Assembly: GCF_963921235.1 (NCBI RefSeq)
Contig: NC_086107.1
Location: 106,146,001-106,210,000, forward strand
Source: Mobula hypostoma
Lineage: Eukaryota
Direction: 5' to 3'
DNA: 64,000 bases
The position numbers and the translations under genes were made by a program. The notes under the pieces were generated by a model. That model had not been told where the DNA came from. It saw nothing but the letters and a program-made list of their open reading frames with translations, and did not search any database. Positions 13,747 through 25,338 of the stretch are shown in pieces (positions within the stretch are counted from its first letter, which is position 1; each line of letters starts with the position of its first letter).

Positions 13747-13964
13747 CACTCAATGCGAAACCTTATGTTTCTAATCAGGTGTGGAGCTTCATAAATCTGG
13801 CTAAGAGTTGCTTGTTTAAAAAACACAGGAGAGGACTCTAGATTCCGCTAAATAGAGTTGTGGGGCCTATCTGCTGGGGGCAAAAGTAGTACAAAGAACA
13901 GGGAGAAGAAGCTACTCTTCTGGTGTGGGACAGGAGAAAGAATCATAGTTGAAAACCAAGAGCA

Positions 13965-14486
13965 AAGCATCTGCTCAGTTCTGGTCACCTCACTACAGGA
14001 AGGATGTGGATACTATAGAGAGTGCAGAGGAGACTTACAAGGACGTTGCCTGGATTGGAGAGCATGCCCTATGAGAATCGGTTGAGTGAACTTGGCCTTT
14101 TCTCCTTGGCGCCACGGAGGATGAGAGGTGACCTGACAGAGGTGTATAAGATGAGGAGAGGCATTGATTGTGTGGATAGCCAGAGGTTTTTTCCCAGGGC
14201 TGAAATGGCTAACATGAGGGGGCATAGTTTTAAGGTGCTTGGAAGTAGGGTACAAGGGGGAAGTCAGAGTTAAGGTTTTCACACAGAGTGGTGGGTGCAT
14301 GGAATGCACTGCCAGTGATGGTAGTAGAGGTGGATACAATAGGCTCTTAGATGGGTACGTGGAGCTTAGAAAAAGAGAGGGCTATGCAGTAGGGAAATTC
14401 TAGGCAGTTTCTAGAGTAGGTTACATGGTCGGCACAACATTGTGGGCCGAAGGGCCTGTAACGTGCTGTAAATTTCTATGTTCTAT
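13965..14486 (+). mobile_element. CR1 LINE 3' fragment
   Basis: Peptide QRRLTRTLPGLESMPYENRLSELGLFSL..RMRGDL; TTCTATGTTCTA tail. Confidence 0.85.
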
Positions 14487-15659
14487 CTTTTTTTAACTGA
14501 GCTGAGTGTCTGAGCATCAACGGACATTTTGTATCAAGCAGAGTGTATAAAGAAAACGCAAGATCTACAGATGGAACTGTCTCTTATTTATAGAGTGGCT
14601 GCCTCTCACACAGACAAAATCCCTTCCAACCCCAACTGCCTGGCACTAGAGAGCTGGAGCTGCTCGACTGAAGAATGGTTAGTGTTGCTCTGGACTGTGC
14701 TCCTCAAGCAACTGAAATTCCCTGGGTAGATACAACTGCCTCGGGTAAAGACATCTCCTTCTCGGCCGAAGGTGAATAAGCAGTGTTGGGATGCTCATTA
14801 AAATCTCAAACCACTGTTCTTATCAACAGCTAGAGGCAACTCTCTTTCTTCTTCTTCCTTTCGTTAAGCCTTCTTTCACCGACCTAATTGATTATTTTTA
14901 CGATGATACAAAAGTTGGTGGTGTTGTGGAATAGCGTGGAAGCTGTTGTAGGTTACAGCGGGCAGTGACAGGCTGCAGAGCTGAGCTGAGAAGCAGCAGG
15001 TACAGATCAGTCTGGAAAAATTTCAAGTGATACATTCTGGAAGGTCGAACTGGAGGCAATGATTCAAAGACTCAAGGTACATATATTATCAAACTGCGTA
15101 TGCAGTGTGCGACCCTGAAATTCGTCTTCCTCACAGATAGTCACAAAACCAAGGAACAACATGAACCAACTTGCCCAAAGAAAAATATCAAACATCAAAT
15201 CGCAAAAAATATCACGCAAACAGCAAAAAACACCACAATCGAAAATATAGACTATAAAACACAAAGGGCAGGTTTCAGTACAAGGTTAGTGGCAAGGTTC
15301 TCAGGAGTGTGGTGGAACAGAGGGATCTTGGGGTCCAGGTCCGTAGATCTCTCAAAGTCGCTGCACAAGCTGATAGGGTGGTTAAGAAGGCATATGGTGC
15401 GTTGGCCTTCATTATTTAGGGGATTGAGTTAAAGAGCCACGAGGTAATGTTGCAGCTTTATAAAACGTTAATTAGACCATGCTGGTGTGCAGTTCTGGTC
15501 ACCTCATTATAGGAAGATGTGGAAGTTTTAGAGAGGGTGCCGAGGAGATTTATCGGGATGCTGCCTGGATTAGAGAGCATATCCTATAAGGAGAGCTTGA
15601 GCAACCTTGGGCTTTTCTCTTTGGAGCGAAGTTGGATGAGAGGTGACTTGTAGAGTAGA

Positions 15660-16607
15660 CCTCCTATACCTAATAAAGTGGCCACTAAGTGTACTGAATG
15701 TTCGTGGTCTTTTGCTGCTGTAACCCAACAACTTCAAGGACTGATGTGTTGTGCGTTCAAAGATGCTCTTCCGCACACCACTGTTGTAACGTGTGGTTAC
15801 TTGAGTTGCTGTCACCTTCCTGTCAGCTTCAACCGGTCTGTCCATTTTCCTCCGACCTCTCTCATTAACGAGGCATTTTCGCCCACAGAACTGCTGCTCA
15901 CTGGATTTTTTTTTTCACACCATCCTCTGTAAACTCTAGAGACTGTTATGCATGAAAATCCCAGGAGATCAGCAGTTTCTGCAATACTCAATCCACACAG
16001 CATGGCACCATCGATCATTTCATGGTCAAAGCCACTTAGATCACATTTCTTCCCCATTCTGATGTTTGGTTTGCACTACAACTGAACCTCTTACCCATGT
16101 CTGTATGCTCTTAAGCAATGAGCTCTTCGGGCTTGTGTGGGCATTTGGGCTCTGAGGTTTTTAGAGGACCTGAATTGGTTAATTGTTGTTTAATGAGAGA
16201 CATTAAACACTTAAGAGTTCCTTCTCTTTTTCTCTAGTGACTTGTGGCTTTGTAATGTGGTCTTCTGGTGCTTTCTGTTTAAACTTGTTAAGTTTATCTT
16301 GATAGGCTCAAGGATTTTCGTGTTAAGCGGACGCCCAATTAGTGCTACTTACGGGGTCCTAGTTTTGAGACTGTTACTTCTCATGGTGTCACTCGTCCGA
16401 GCCACAGATATTCTGTTGGAATCCTTAAGAATAAACTTAGTCGCCGTCTCTACGTTGGAGTCTGCCTTTCCTCCGCGCGTGGGCTCCAACATTGCCAGCG
16501 CACATCGTGGCTCTTTTACGCATTGAGCTGCTGCTACGTGCTTGGCTGATGATACCTTTTTATTAATGAGCAGGTGTACTGGTGTGCCTAATAAAGTGGC
16601 CACTGAA
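15660..16607 (-). mobile_element. Tc1/mariner remnant interrupted by an LTR-like insert (about 16113-16510)
   Basis: Peptide MGKKCDLSGFDHEMIDGA..GLSIAETADLLGFS..VSRVYR; TIR at 16585-16607. Confidence 0.75.
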
Positions 16608-16699
16608 TCTATATTGTCATGAACCAGTTTGTGGGACAAAACCGATCCAGCTCCACTGGCCCCTGAACCTTGTTGAATCAATCAATCTTCCTTTTTTAA

Positions 16700-17823
16700 A
16701 GAAAGGGGCTTCCCTTCCTCCACTATCAACTCTGCTCTTAAACGCATCTCCCCCATTTCATGTACATCTGCTCTCACTCCATCCTCCCGCCACCCCACTA
16801 GGAATAGGGTTCCCCTGGTCCTCACCTACCACCCCACCAGCCTCTGGATCCAACATATTATTCTCCGTAACTTCCGCCACCTCCAACGGGATCCCACCAC
16901 TAAGCACATCTTTCCCTCCCCCCGTCTCTCTGCATTCCACAGGGATCGCTCCCTACACAACTCCCTTGTCCATTCGTCCCCCCCATCCCTCCCCACTGAT
17001 CTCCCTCCTGGCACTTATCCGTGTAAGCGGAACAAGTGCTACACATGCCCTTACACTTCCTCCCTTACCACCATTCAGGGCCCCAAACAGTCCTTGCAGG
17101 TGAGGCAACACTTCACCTGTGCGTCGACTGGGGTAATATACTGCGTCCGGTGCTCCCGATGTGGCCTTTTATATATTGGCGAGACCCGACGCAGACTGGG
17201 AGACCGCTTTGCTGAACATCTACGCTCTGTCCGCCAGAGAAAGCAGGATCTCCCAGAGGCCACACATTTTAATTCCACATCCCATTCCCATTCTGACATG
17301 TCTATCCACGGCCTCCTCTACTGTAAAGATGAAGCCACACTCAGGTTGGAGGAACAACACCTTATATTCCGTCTGGGTAGCCTCCAACCTGATGGCATGA
17401 ACATCGACTTCTCTAACTTCCGCTAGGCCCCACCTCCCCCTCGTACCCCATCTGTTACTTATTTTTATACACACATTCTTTCTCTCACTCTCCTTTTTCT
17501 CCCTCTGTCCCTCTGAATATACCTCTTGCCCCTCCTCTGGGTTCCCCCCCCCCACTTGTCTTTCTTCCCGGACCTCCTGTCCCATGATCCTCTCGTATCC
17601 CCTTCTGCCTATCACCTGTCCAGCTCTCGGCTCCATCCCTCCCCCTCCTGTCTTCTCCTATCATTTTGCATTTCCCCCTCCCCCTCCAACTTTCAAATCT
17701 CTTACTCACTCATTCAGTTAGTCCTGACGAAGGGTCTCGGCCTGAAACGTCGACTGCACCTCTTCCTACAGATGCTGCCTGGCCTGCTGCGTTCACCAGC
17801 AACTTTGATGTGTGTTGCTTGAA
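16700..17823 (+). mobile_element. 5'-truncated Penelope-like retroelement (GIY-YIG endonuclease plus terminal repeat)
   Basis: Peptide VIYCVRCSRCGLLYIGETRRRLGDRFAEH...EEQHLIFRLGSLQPDGMN preceded by a CKRNKCYTC Cys linker. The 3' repeat carries a hammerhead core. Confidence 0.9.
17720..17755 (+). ncRNA. Minimal type I hammerhead ribozyme motif (Penelope-associated)
   Basis: AGTC-CTGACGA-AGGgtctcggCCT-GAAA-CGTC-GACT: stem I AGTC/GACT, both conserved core boxes, GUC cleavage triplet, loopless palindromic ACGT stem III. Activity not testable here. Confidence 0.8.
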
Positions 17824-18576
17824 TCAATCAAGTGTTTGTCTTCCTGGACTACGTTAATTTCAATGACTGTGCAACAGTTTCACAGCGTATGTTCGCTCTT
17901 TACGGTGATTATTTCCATTTTAAGAACACAGTGCATTTCCCTTTTAAGAAAATTTGCAACAGTACGGCAATGAAGAAGCAGATTTATCTTCATCTCGCCT
18001 GGGCAATGGTATATGTGCTTCATTATTAATGCAGGGCCTAACCTCTCAAAGTTTATAGCCAGTACTGTTGACATTGTAGAGTTCATTCATTTGAGTTTAA
18101 ATTTCCCAACTGCATTCTTAGGATTCGAACTCGCATTTCAGATCAATATTTAGGCCTTTAGGTACGAGCCTAGTAACATAACCACCACACTACCGTGTCT
18201 TTAACAACCTAAGTCCACTATCTCCAGTTGTAAAGTGCAGCACTTACTATATAAACAGAGTTGTTTTCCAGGGACTCTCTCTCAGCTTTTCCTTTCAGTC
18301 AAATAACTAACTGCTGGAGGAACTCCAGCACCTGTGGGGGAAAGTGTACAGTCGATGTTTCGGGTCGAGACCCATCGTCAGGTCTCGGCCCAAAATGTCA
18401 ATTGCTTATTCTCCCCTGTGTAGATTCTGCCTGAGCTGCCGGGTTCCTCCAGCATTTGGCATGTGCTGCTCAAACTGCTGTGTCTGGCTGATGTTTCATG
18501 TCGAGACCCTCATCTATTATCTGGACTGGCTTCATCTCAGTCCTGATGAGGGCTCGTGACCCGAAGCGTCAAGTGC

Positions 18577-18862
18577 CCATTTCACCACACGGATGCTGCC
18601 TGGCCTGCTGAGTTCCTCCAGCATTTTGTGTGCGTTGCTCAGGATTTCCGGAATGTTGTGTTTTTTCACATTTCAGGATGACTTCAAAGCACCGAGTTTC
18701 CATTTCCCCACACGGATGCTGCCTGGCCTGCTGAGTTCCTCCAGCATTTTGTGTGCGTTGCTCAGGATTTCCGGAATGTTGTGTTTTTCACATTTCAGGA
18801 TGACTTCAAAGCACCGAGTTTCCATTTCCCCACACTGATGCTGCCTGGCCTTCTGAGTTCCT
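18577..18862. repeat. Tandem duplication of a ~123-bp Penelope-tail unit (2 full copies plus a partial third)
   Basis: CCACAC(G/T)GATGCTGCCTGGCCT recurs at 18585, 18708 and 18830. Confidence 0.85.
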
Positions 18863-19519
18863 TTCGTGTTCTTTTTCTCGCTCCAGATTCCACCGTCTGC
18901 AGTCTCTTGTGTCTCCATGAATCCTTTTCTAACTGAATGCAGTGCAACAAGTGAAGGATGGTATCAGTTGTCACCGAGGCATTAGACTGACCACCACAGG
19001 CTGCAGGTAATATTGGGCCCACTAAAGCCATTTGGAAATTCTGACAGTATTGTATGGAGATCACATGGTCATAGCAAGATACAACATGGAAACTTTGGCC
19101 CACCAGGTCCACACTGATTTACACTAATCCTACACTAGCATCATTTTAAGATAAATAGATAGATACTTTATTGATCCCAAAGGAAATTATGGTGACAAGT
19201 GCACATGGTTTTTTACCGTGCCCATGGTCCGCTCTTTATCAAATTACGGTATTACTTTGCACTGTTGTAACTATATGTTATAATTATGTGGTTTTGTCAG
19301 TTTTAGTCTTGGTTTGTCCTGTGTTTCTTGTGATATCATTCTGGAGGAACATTGTATCATTTTTTAATGCATGCGTTTCTAAATGACAATAAACGAGGAC
19401 TGAGTGTCCTCATAATCTAATCTAATCTAATATACAAATATTAGAAGAGAAGTAAGAAAGAATAAAAGCAAGTTACCTTAAAAATAAGATGTACAAGATT
19501 TACAAGTCAAAGATTTCAA

Positions 19520-20015
19520 GATCACTTCCCTGGCTGCAGGTTGACTAATTATACAGCCTGATGACTGCGGGCAAGAATGACCTCATATAACGCTCTTTGG
19601 ACCAGCGCAGTTGTCTTTGTCTATCACTAAAAGTGCTCCTCTGTTCGGCCAAGGTGGCATGCAGAGGGTGAGAAACATTGTCCAGAATTGCCAGGTTTTT
19701 CCGTAGGGTCCTTTGTTCTACCACAGCCTCCAGTGGGTCCAGTTTGACCCCTATAACAGAGCCAGCCTTTCTAATCAGTTTATTGAGCCTGTTGGCATCA
19801 CCCGTGTTGATGCCATTGCCCCAGCACACCGCCGCAAAGGAGATTGTACTGGCGACAACAGACTGGTAGAACATGTGAGGGAGAGGCCTGCATACTCCAA
19901 AGGACCTCAGTCTCCTCGGGAAGCAGAGGTGACTCTGGCCCTTCTTGTACACAGTCTCCGTGTTGGTGCTCCGCTCAAGTCTGTTATCCAGGTGCACCCC
20001 CAGGAACTTGTTATT
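19520..20015 (-). mobile_element. Rex1/Babar-type LINE fragment
   Basis: Peptide KFLGVHLDNRL...NRLNKLIRKAGSVIG...AILDNVSHPLH, homologous to the ORF at 35088-36233. Confidence 0.8.
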
Positions 20016-20809
20016 CGCCCTGCACTCCCCCCAGAGTCCATCACCCACCTCGACACTAGGGACAATTTACCATGGCCAGTCATCCTACCCAAGAGCATGT
20101 GGCTGGAAACTGGAGCACCCAGAGGAAACCCAGGCAGGGAGAAAAACTCAAACTGCACACCCAGACAGCGCCCGAGGGCAGGATTGAACCTGCGTCTCTG
20201 TCGCTGTGAAACGCCAGCTCTAACAGTTGTGCTGGTGTGCTGCCCTTCACTTGCCCCACTCCCGGTTATTTGTCAACTTTAGTGTGTCCCAGCTGCTCCT
20301 TGGGCTGTCCCATTGTCAGACCATAAAGGCATAGGAACAGAATTAAGCCATTCTGTGGCTGTGGCTACTCTGGATACTACAGAACTTACAACTGCAGCTC
20401 TGCCAATCACTGAGTGTGACTACAAAGAATCTCCCCCACCCAGGCAGTGGTCAGAGTGATAAGCTTACTGGAAATAGTAAATACGACTCACCAGGGAAAT
20501 TGAGGTACAATCACTGGGCTGTTCATCATAAGAGAGTCGGACACAGGAGCAGAATTGGGCCATTTGGCCCATCTAGATTGCTCCACCATTCCATTATGGC
20601 TGAATTTTTTAATATAACTCTCACAAGCCCATTCTCCTGCCTTCTCCCTGTAACATTTGACATCCTTGCTAGTCAAGAGCCAATCAACCTCTACTTAAAA
20701 TATACCCGACGATTTGGCCTCCACAGCTGCCTTTGGCTGTGAATTCCATAAATTCACCACCCCTGGCTAAGAAAATGCCTCCTCATCTCTGTCCTTTACT
20801 ATATGTTCC

Positions 20810-21190
20810 TGAGTGAAACATATAAGATTATTAAGGGATTGGACACACTAGAGGCAGGAAACATGTTCCCGATGTTGGGGGAGTCCAGAACCAGAGGCCA
20901 CAGTTTAAGAATAAGGGGTAGACCATTTAGAACGGAGTTGAGGAAAAACTTTTTCACACAGAGGGTTGTGGTTCTGTGGAATGCTCTGCCTCAGAAGGCA
21001 GTGGGGGCCAATTCTCTGGATTCTTTCAAGAAAGAGTTAGATAGAGCTCTTAAAGATAGCGGAGTGAAGGGATATGGGGAGAAGGCAGGAAAAGGGTACT
21101 GATTGTGGATGATCAGCCATGATCACAGTGAATGGTGGTGCTGGCTCGAAGGGCTGAACGGCCTACTTCTGCACCTGTTGTCTATTGTCC
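20810..21190 (+). mobile_element. CR1 LINE 3' fragment nested in an opposite-strand CR1
   Basis: Peptide ETYKIIKGLD...NFFTQRVV.LWNALP; minus-strand CR1 sequence on both sides (20530-20790 and 21195-21262). Confidence 0.82.
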
Positions 21191-21536
21191 TTGTACTCTG
21201 AGGCTGTGCCCTTTGGTCCCAGGCTCCCCCCACTAATGGAACCACCCTCTCCGTGTCCACTCTGCTGAGGGCTGCTTGCAGGTAGGGCAACCGTCTGAGT
21301 TCTGCAGCCACCCTGGCTCAATTCCAACCTCCACTGCGGTCCGCGCTGCATCTGCACGTTGTCCCTGTGACCACCTGGCTTCCCTTAGGGTGCTCCAGTT
21401 TAATCCCGAAGGTGTGCAGGTTGAAACGTCAACGGACTGCAGAGAAAATCTGTTGGAAAGCATGGCTCACTGACAATATCAGTAAGAAATTGTCTGCTTT
21501 GCCTATTACTGAGAATAGAATTCAGTACTTGGGAAC

Positions 21537-22140
21537 TATAAGACCATAAGATGTAGGAGCAGAATTAGGCCATTCGGCCCATCGAGTCTGCCCTGTCATT
21601 TCATCATGGCTGATCCGTTCTCCCTCTCAGCCCCAATCTCCTGCCTTCTCCCCATATCCCTTCTTGCCCTGACCAACCCAGGATCTGTATACCTCTGCCT
21701 TAAATATACCCAATGACTCGGCCTCCACATCTGCCTGTGGCAACAAATTCCACAGAGTCACCACTCTCTGGCTAAAGAAATTCCTCCTGATCTCTGTTCT
21801 AAAAGGATGCCCCTGTATTCTGAGGCTGTGTCCTCTAGTCTTAGACTCTCCACCACAGGAAACATCCTCTCCACATCCACTTTACCAAAGCCTTTCAACA
21901 TCCGATAGGTTTCAATGAGGTCGCCCCTCATTCTTCTGAATTAGAAAACCTAGAGCCATCAAATGCTCCTCATAGGACAAGCCGTTCAATACCAGAATCA
22001 TTTTTGTGAATCTTCTTTGAACCCTCTCCAGTTTCAGCACACCCTTTCTAAGTTAAGGGGCCCTAAACTACTCACAATACCTCAAGTGCTTCAGCAGTGC
22101 TTTATAAAGTCTCAACATTACATCCTTGCTTTTATATTGA
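21537..22140 (-). mobile_element. CR1 LINE 3' fragment
   Basis: Homologous to 57965-58600. Confidence 0.8.
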
Positions 22141-22553
22141 ATTGATTCAACATCCAGAAAAGACAGAGCCTGGAATTAGCAGATCTCTGTAATAACGTTG
22201 AGAAAAATGGACCAGATCGTCAGAGACCATTACCCACACTTGATGTTTAAAAGAGCAGGTTATGTAAAGGAAATTGCCTGTAATTATCAAAAAATGTGCG
22301 GGGTTAAAATATAGCCAAAAATTCTTTGGAGGAGAAATTATTAATTACAATCCATTTGTTACTCGAGATGCATGTCGGATTGCCATCGCAAATTGATGTG
22401 GTTTGTGCAACAGCATATGTTAAAGGTCCCAAAGGGATCCAGATGGAGTCTGTGGTCTGAAAGCTGTATAAACTAGTTATACCTCCAGTTAAATGGCCCT
22501 TTGATTGTTGAAATCAGAGATGGAAACTGAGCATTCTCCGGCCTGAAGCAATC

Positions 22554-23125
22554 GTGAGGAGCTTGAGATTTGGTATGCCACCAAAAACGCTCACGGATTT
22601 CTACGGATGTACCACGCAGGGCATTCGAACTGGCTGCATCCCTGTCTGGTATGTGAGGGTGGTTACTACTGCACAGGATCGGAGTAAGCTGCAGAAAGTT
22701 GTAAAATTAGCCAGCTCCGTCATGAGCCCGAGCCACCGTAGTATCCAGGACATCTCCAAGGAGCAGTGCCTCAGAAAGGCGGCGTCCAACATTAAGGACC
22801 CCCATCACCCAGGACATGCCCTCTCCTCATTGCTACCATCAGGGAGGAGGTACAGGAGCCTGAAGACACACACTCAACGATTCAGGAACAGTTTCTTCCC
22901 TCTGCCATCTGATTTCTAAATGGACATCGAACCCATCAACGCTACCTCACTCCTTTTGTTTATTTCCTATTTCGTTTGCACTACTTATTTAAATTAACTA
23001 TTTAATATATATACTTAATGTAACTCACAGTTTTCTTCTTCTCTTGTATTGTATTGTACTGCTGCTACAAAGTTAACAAGTTTCACGACATATGCCAGTG
23101 ATATTAAACCTGATTCCGGTTCTGA
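22554..23125 (+). mobile_element. Old L2/Rex-like LINE 3' end (related copies near 24690-25895, 32230-32758, 34620-35262 and 37750-38205 minus)
   Basis: Peptide IKDPHHPGHALSSLLPSGRRYRSLKTHTQRFRNSFFP; TAAACCTGATTC tail. Confidence 0.8.
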
Positions 23126-24563
23126 TCATGTGTCTTCCTCTATCTAGTTAGCAGGGTTTGCTGGGTAAAGGTCCATAATTAATCAGATTGTACCTTTCCA
23201 GCTCTATACAGCTCCAGATGTTCAGCTGGAAAACAACACAGGATGCACAGGAAGCTGAGCTTTGAAGGGGTGCATTCAGTGTATTTTTCAAACTTGCCTC
23301 CTTTGCGTGAGTGTGTTTGTTCCCCCCCCCACCACAAAAATGAAAATCCTGCTTTCCACCAGCCTGCTGTGGAGGTTCCAATGCGCCGGGTTGAAGGAGC
23401 CTGCAGAGGCTTGTAGATTCAGCCAACTTGATCGCAGGCAGAACCCTCGCCACCGATGAGGACGTCTTCAAGCGGAGGTGCCTGAAGAAGGTGGCATCCA
23501 TCCGTGTGGACCCTCACCATCTGGGACATGCCCTCTTCCTGTTGCCACCACTGGGGCAGAGGCAGCGGAGTCTAAAGACCCACACTCAGCGATTCAGAAA
23601 CATCTCAGTGACGACTGGGGGGAATCTTCTGCTGTTGTAAGCAGTCGTCACAAGCCCTTCTATATCCTCCTGGAGATATAAAAACGAGGATTCTCTACCC
23701 TTCTAGCAATGCAGCTCTCCCCCAGTGCCCTCCCCCTCTCACAGTACACTGCTCCTTCAATATTTCCTCCCACCTTCAACACAGCCACACTCCCTGAACA
23801 ATTCCACTCTGAGGAAGCACTGTCAGTGATTCAGAAACAACTCATTCCCCTCTGCCGTCAGATTTCTGAGCAGTCAGTGAACCCTTTCTCACAAACCCCT
23901 TATTCTTCTCTTCTTGAACTAATTATTCAGAGTATAGAACATAGAACACTACAGCAGAGTAAAGGCCCTTCAGCCCACAATGCCGTGATGACCCACTAAC
24001 CTACTCTAAGATCATTCCTTCCCACATAGCCTTCAGTTTTCTCTCATCTATGCGCCTACCCAAGAGTTTCTGAAATGTCCCTAAGGCCTTCAACACCACC
24101 CTTGGCAGGGAGCTGCACGCACCCACTACTCTCTCTATAAAACACTTACCTCTGACATATCCTCTACACTTTCCTCCAATGACCTTAAAATTATGCCCCC
24201 TCGAATTACCCGTGTCCACCCCGGAAAGAAAACCTGGCTATCCACTCGATCTATGCCTTGTTCCCCTCGATCAGGTCACCTCTCATCCTCTCGTGCTCTA
24301 AAGCAAAAAAGCCCTGACTTGCTCAAGCTCTCTAATCCAGGCATCGTCCTGGCAAATTTATCTTTGTGATTTCCAATAATTTTGTGTCTTTATACCGTAC
24401 TACTCCTGCAAAACAGCAATTGTCATCTCACTTAAATCTGTGACGGTAATTCTGACTCCGGTTCTGATTTTGGTGGGTGTCGTAGCAGCAACCTTGCACT
24501 CAATATCAGAGGAAACGACCCAAGGACTGATGTGGGCTTCAGAAGGGGACACACACACCCTTC

Positions 24564-24599
24564 AGTCCTGACGAAGGGTCTCAGCCCGAAACATCGACT
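24564..24599 (+). ncRNA. Minimal hammerhead ribozyme motif
   Basis: AGTC-CTGACGA-AGGGtctcagCCC-GAAA-CATC-GACT (AUC triplet; stem III palindrome broken). Confidence 0.6.
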
Positions 24600-24825
24600 G
24601 CTCACTCTTTTCCATGGATGCGGCCTGGCCTGCCGAGTTCCTCCAGCATTTTGTGTGTGTTGCTTGGAAAACACATCAGTCCTCACGGAGGGATCAGGAG
24701 AGGAAAGAGTGAGCAATTTCAAACTCCTGAGTGTCAATATCTCTGAGGAGCTAAACTGGACCCAACATATTGATGCAGCTACAGAGAAGGCACAACGATG
24801 GCTATATTTCCTTAGGAGTTTAAGA

Positions 24826-25338
24826 AGCCGCTGCTACTGTGTGGTAACCGGAATCTCCGGAGCTGAAGGCCCCGAAATCCTCAGCCTTGCGTGTTTCAGC
24901 GGCCGGGGAGAGGTCAAAGGCGCTCGGGAGGCTGTATCGGAGAAGCTGGTCAGAAGCTCGAAGTTTTCGGACGGATGGACTCAGTGTCGGCTGGGGTCGG
25001 CTGCTTCCAAGGTATCGGCAAGTTGACGGTGCCTGGAGGTTTATGGCAGGGAGTTTCTCCCTTTTGCCGCCTGCTATCGGGGACTCGGGAGTCGATCAAC
25101 TCGGGACTTTGAGACTTTTTTTTTACCGTGCCCATGGTCTGTTCTTCATCAAATTATAGTATTGCTTTGCACTGCTGTAACTATATGTTATAATTATGTG
25201 GTTCTGTCAGTGTTAGTCTTTGGTTTGCCCTGTTTTCTGTGATATCACTCCAGAGAAACATTGTATCATTTCTTAATGCATGTATGCATTTCTAAATAAC
25301 AATAAAAGAGGACTGAGTGTTCTCATAATCTAAAAAAA
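24826..25338 (+). mobile_element. Non-LTR 3'-end family nested in an older LINE (copies at 11898-12345 and 19205-19430)
   Basis: Shared TTTACCGTGCCCATGG...AATAAA..GAGGACTG..CTCATAATCTAA tail; splits the host motif ttaggagtttaagaa|gatttggtatg. Confidence 0.7.
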
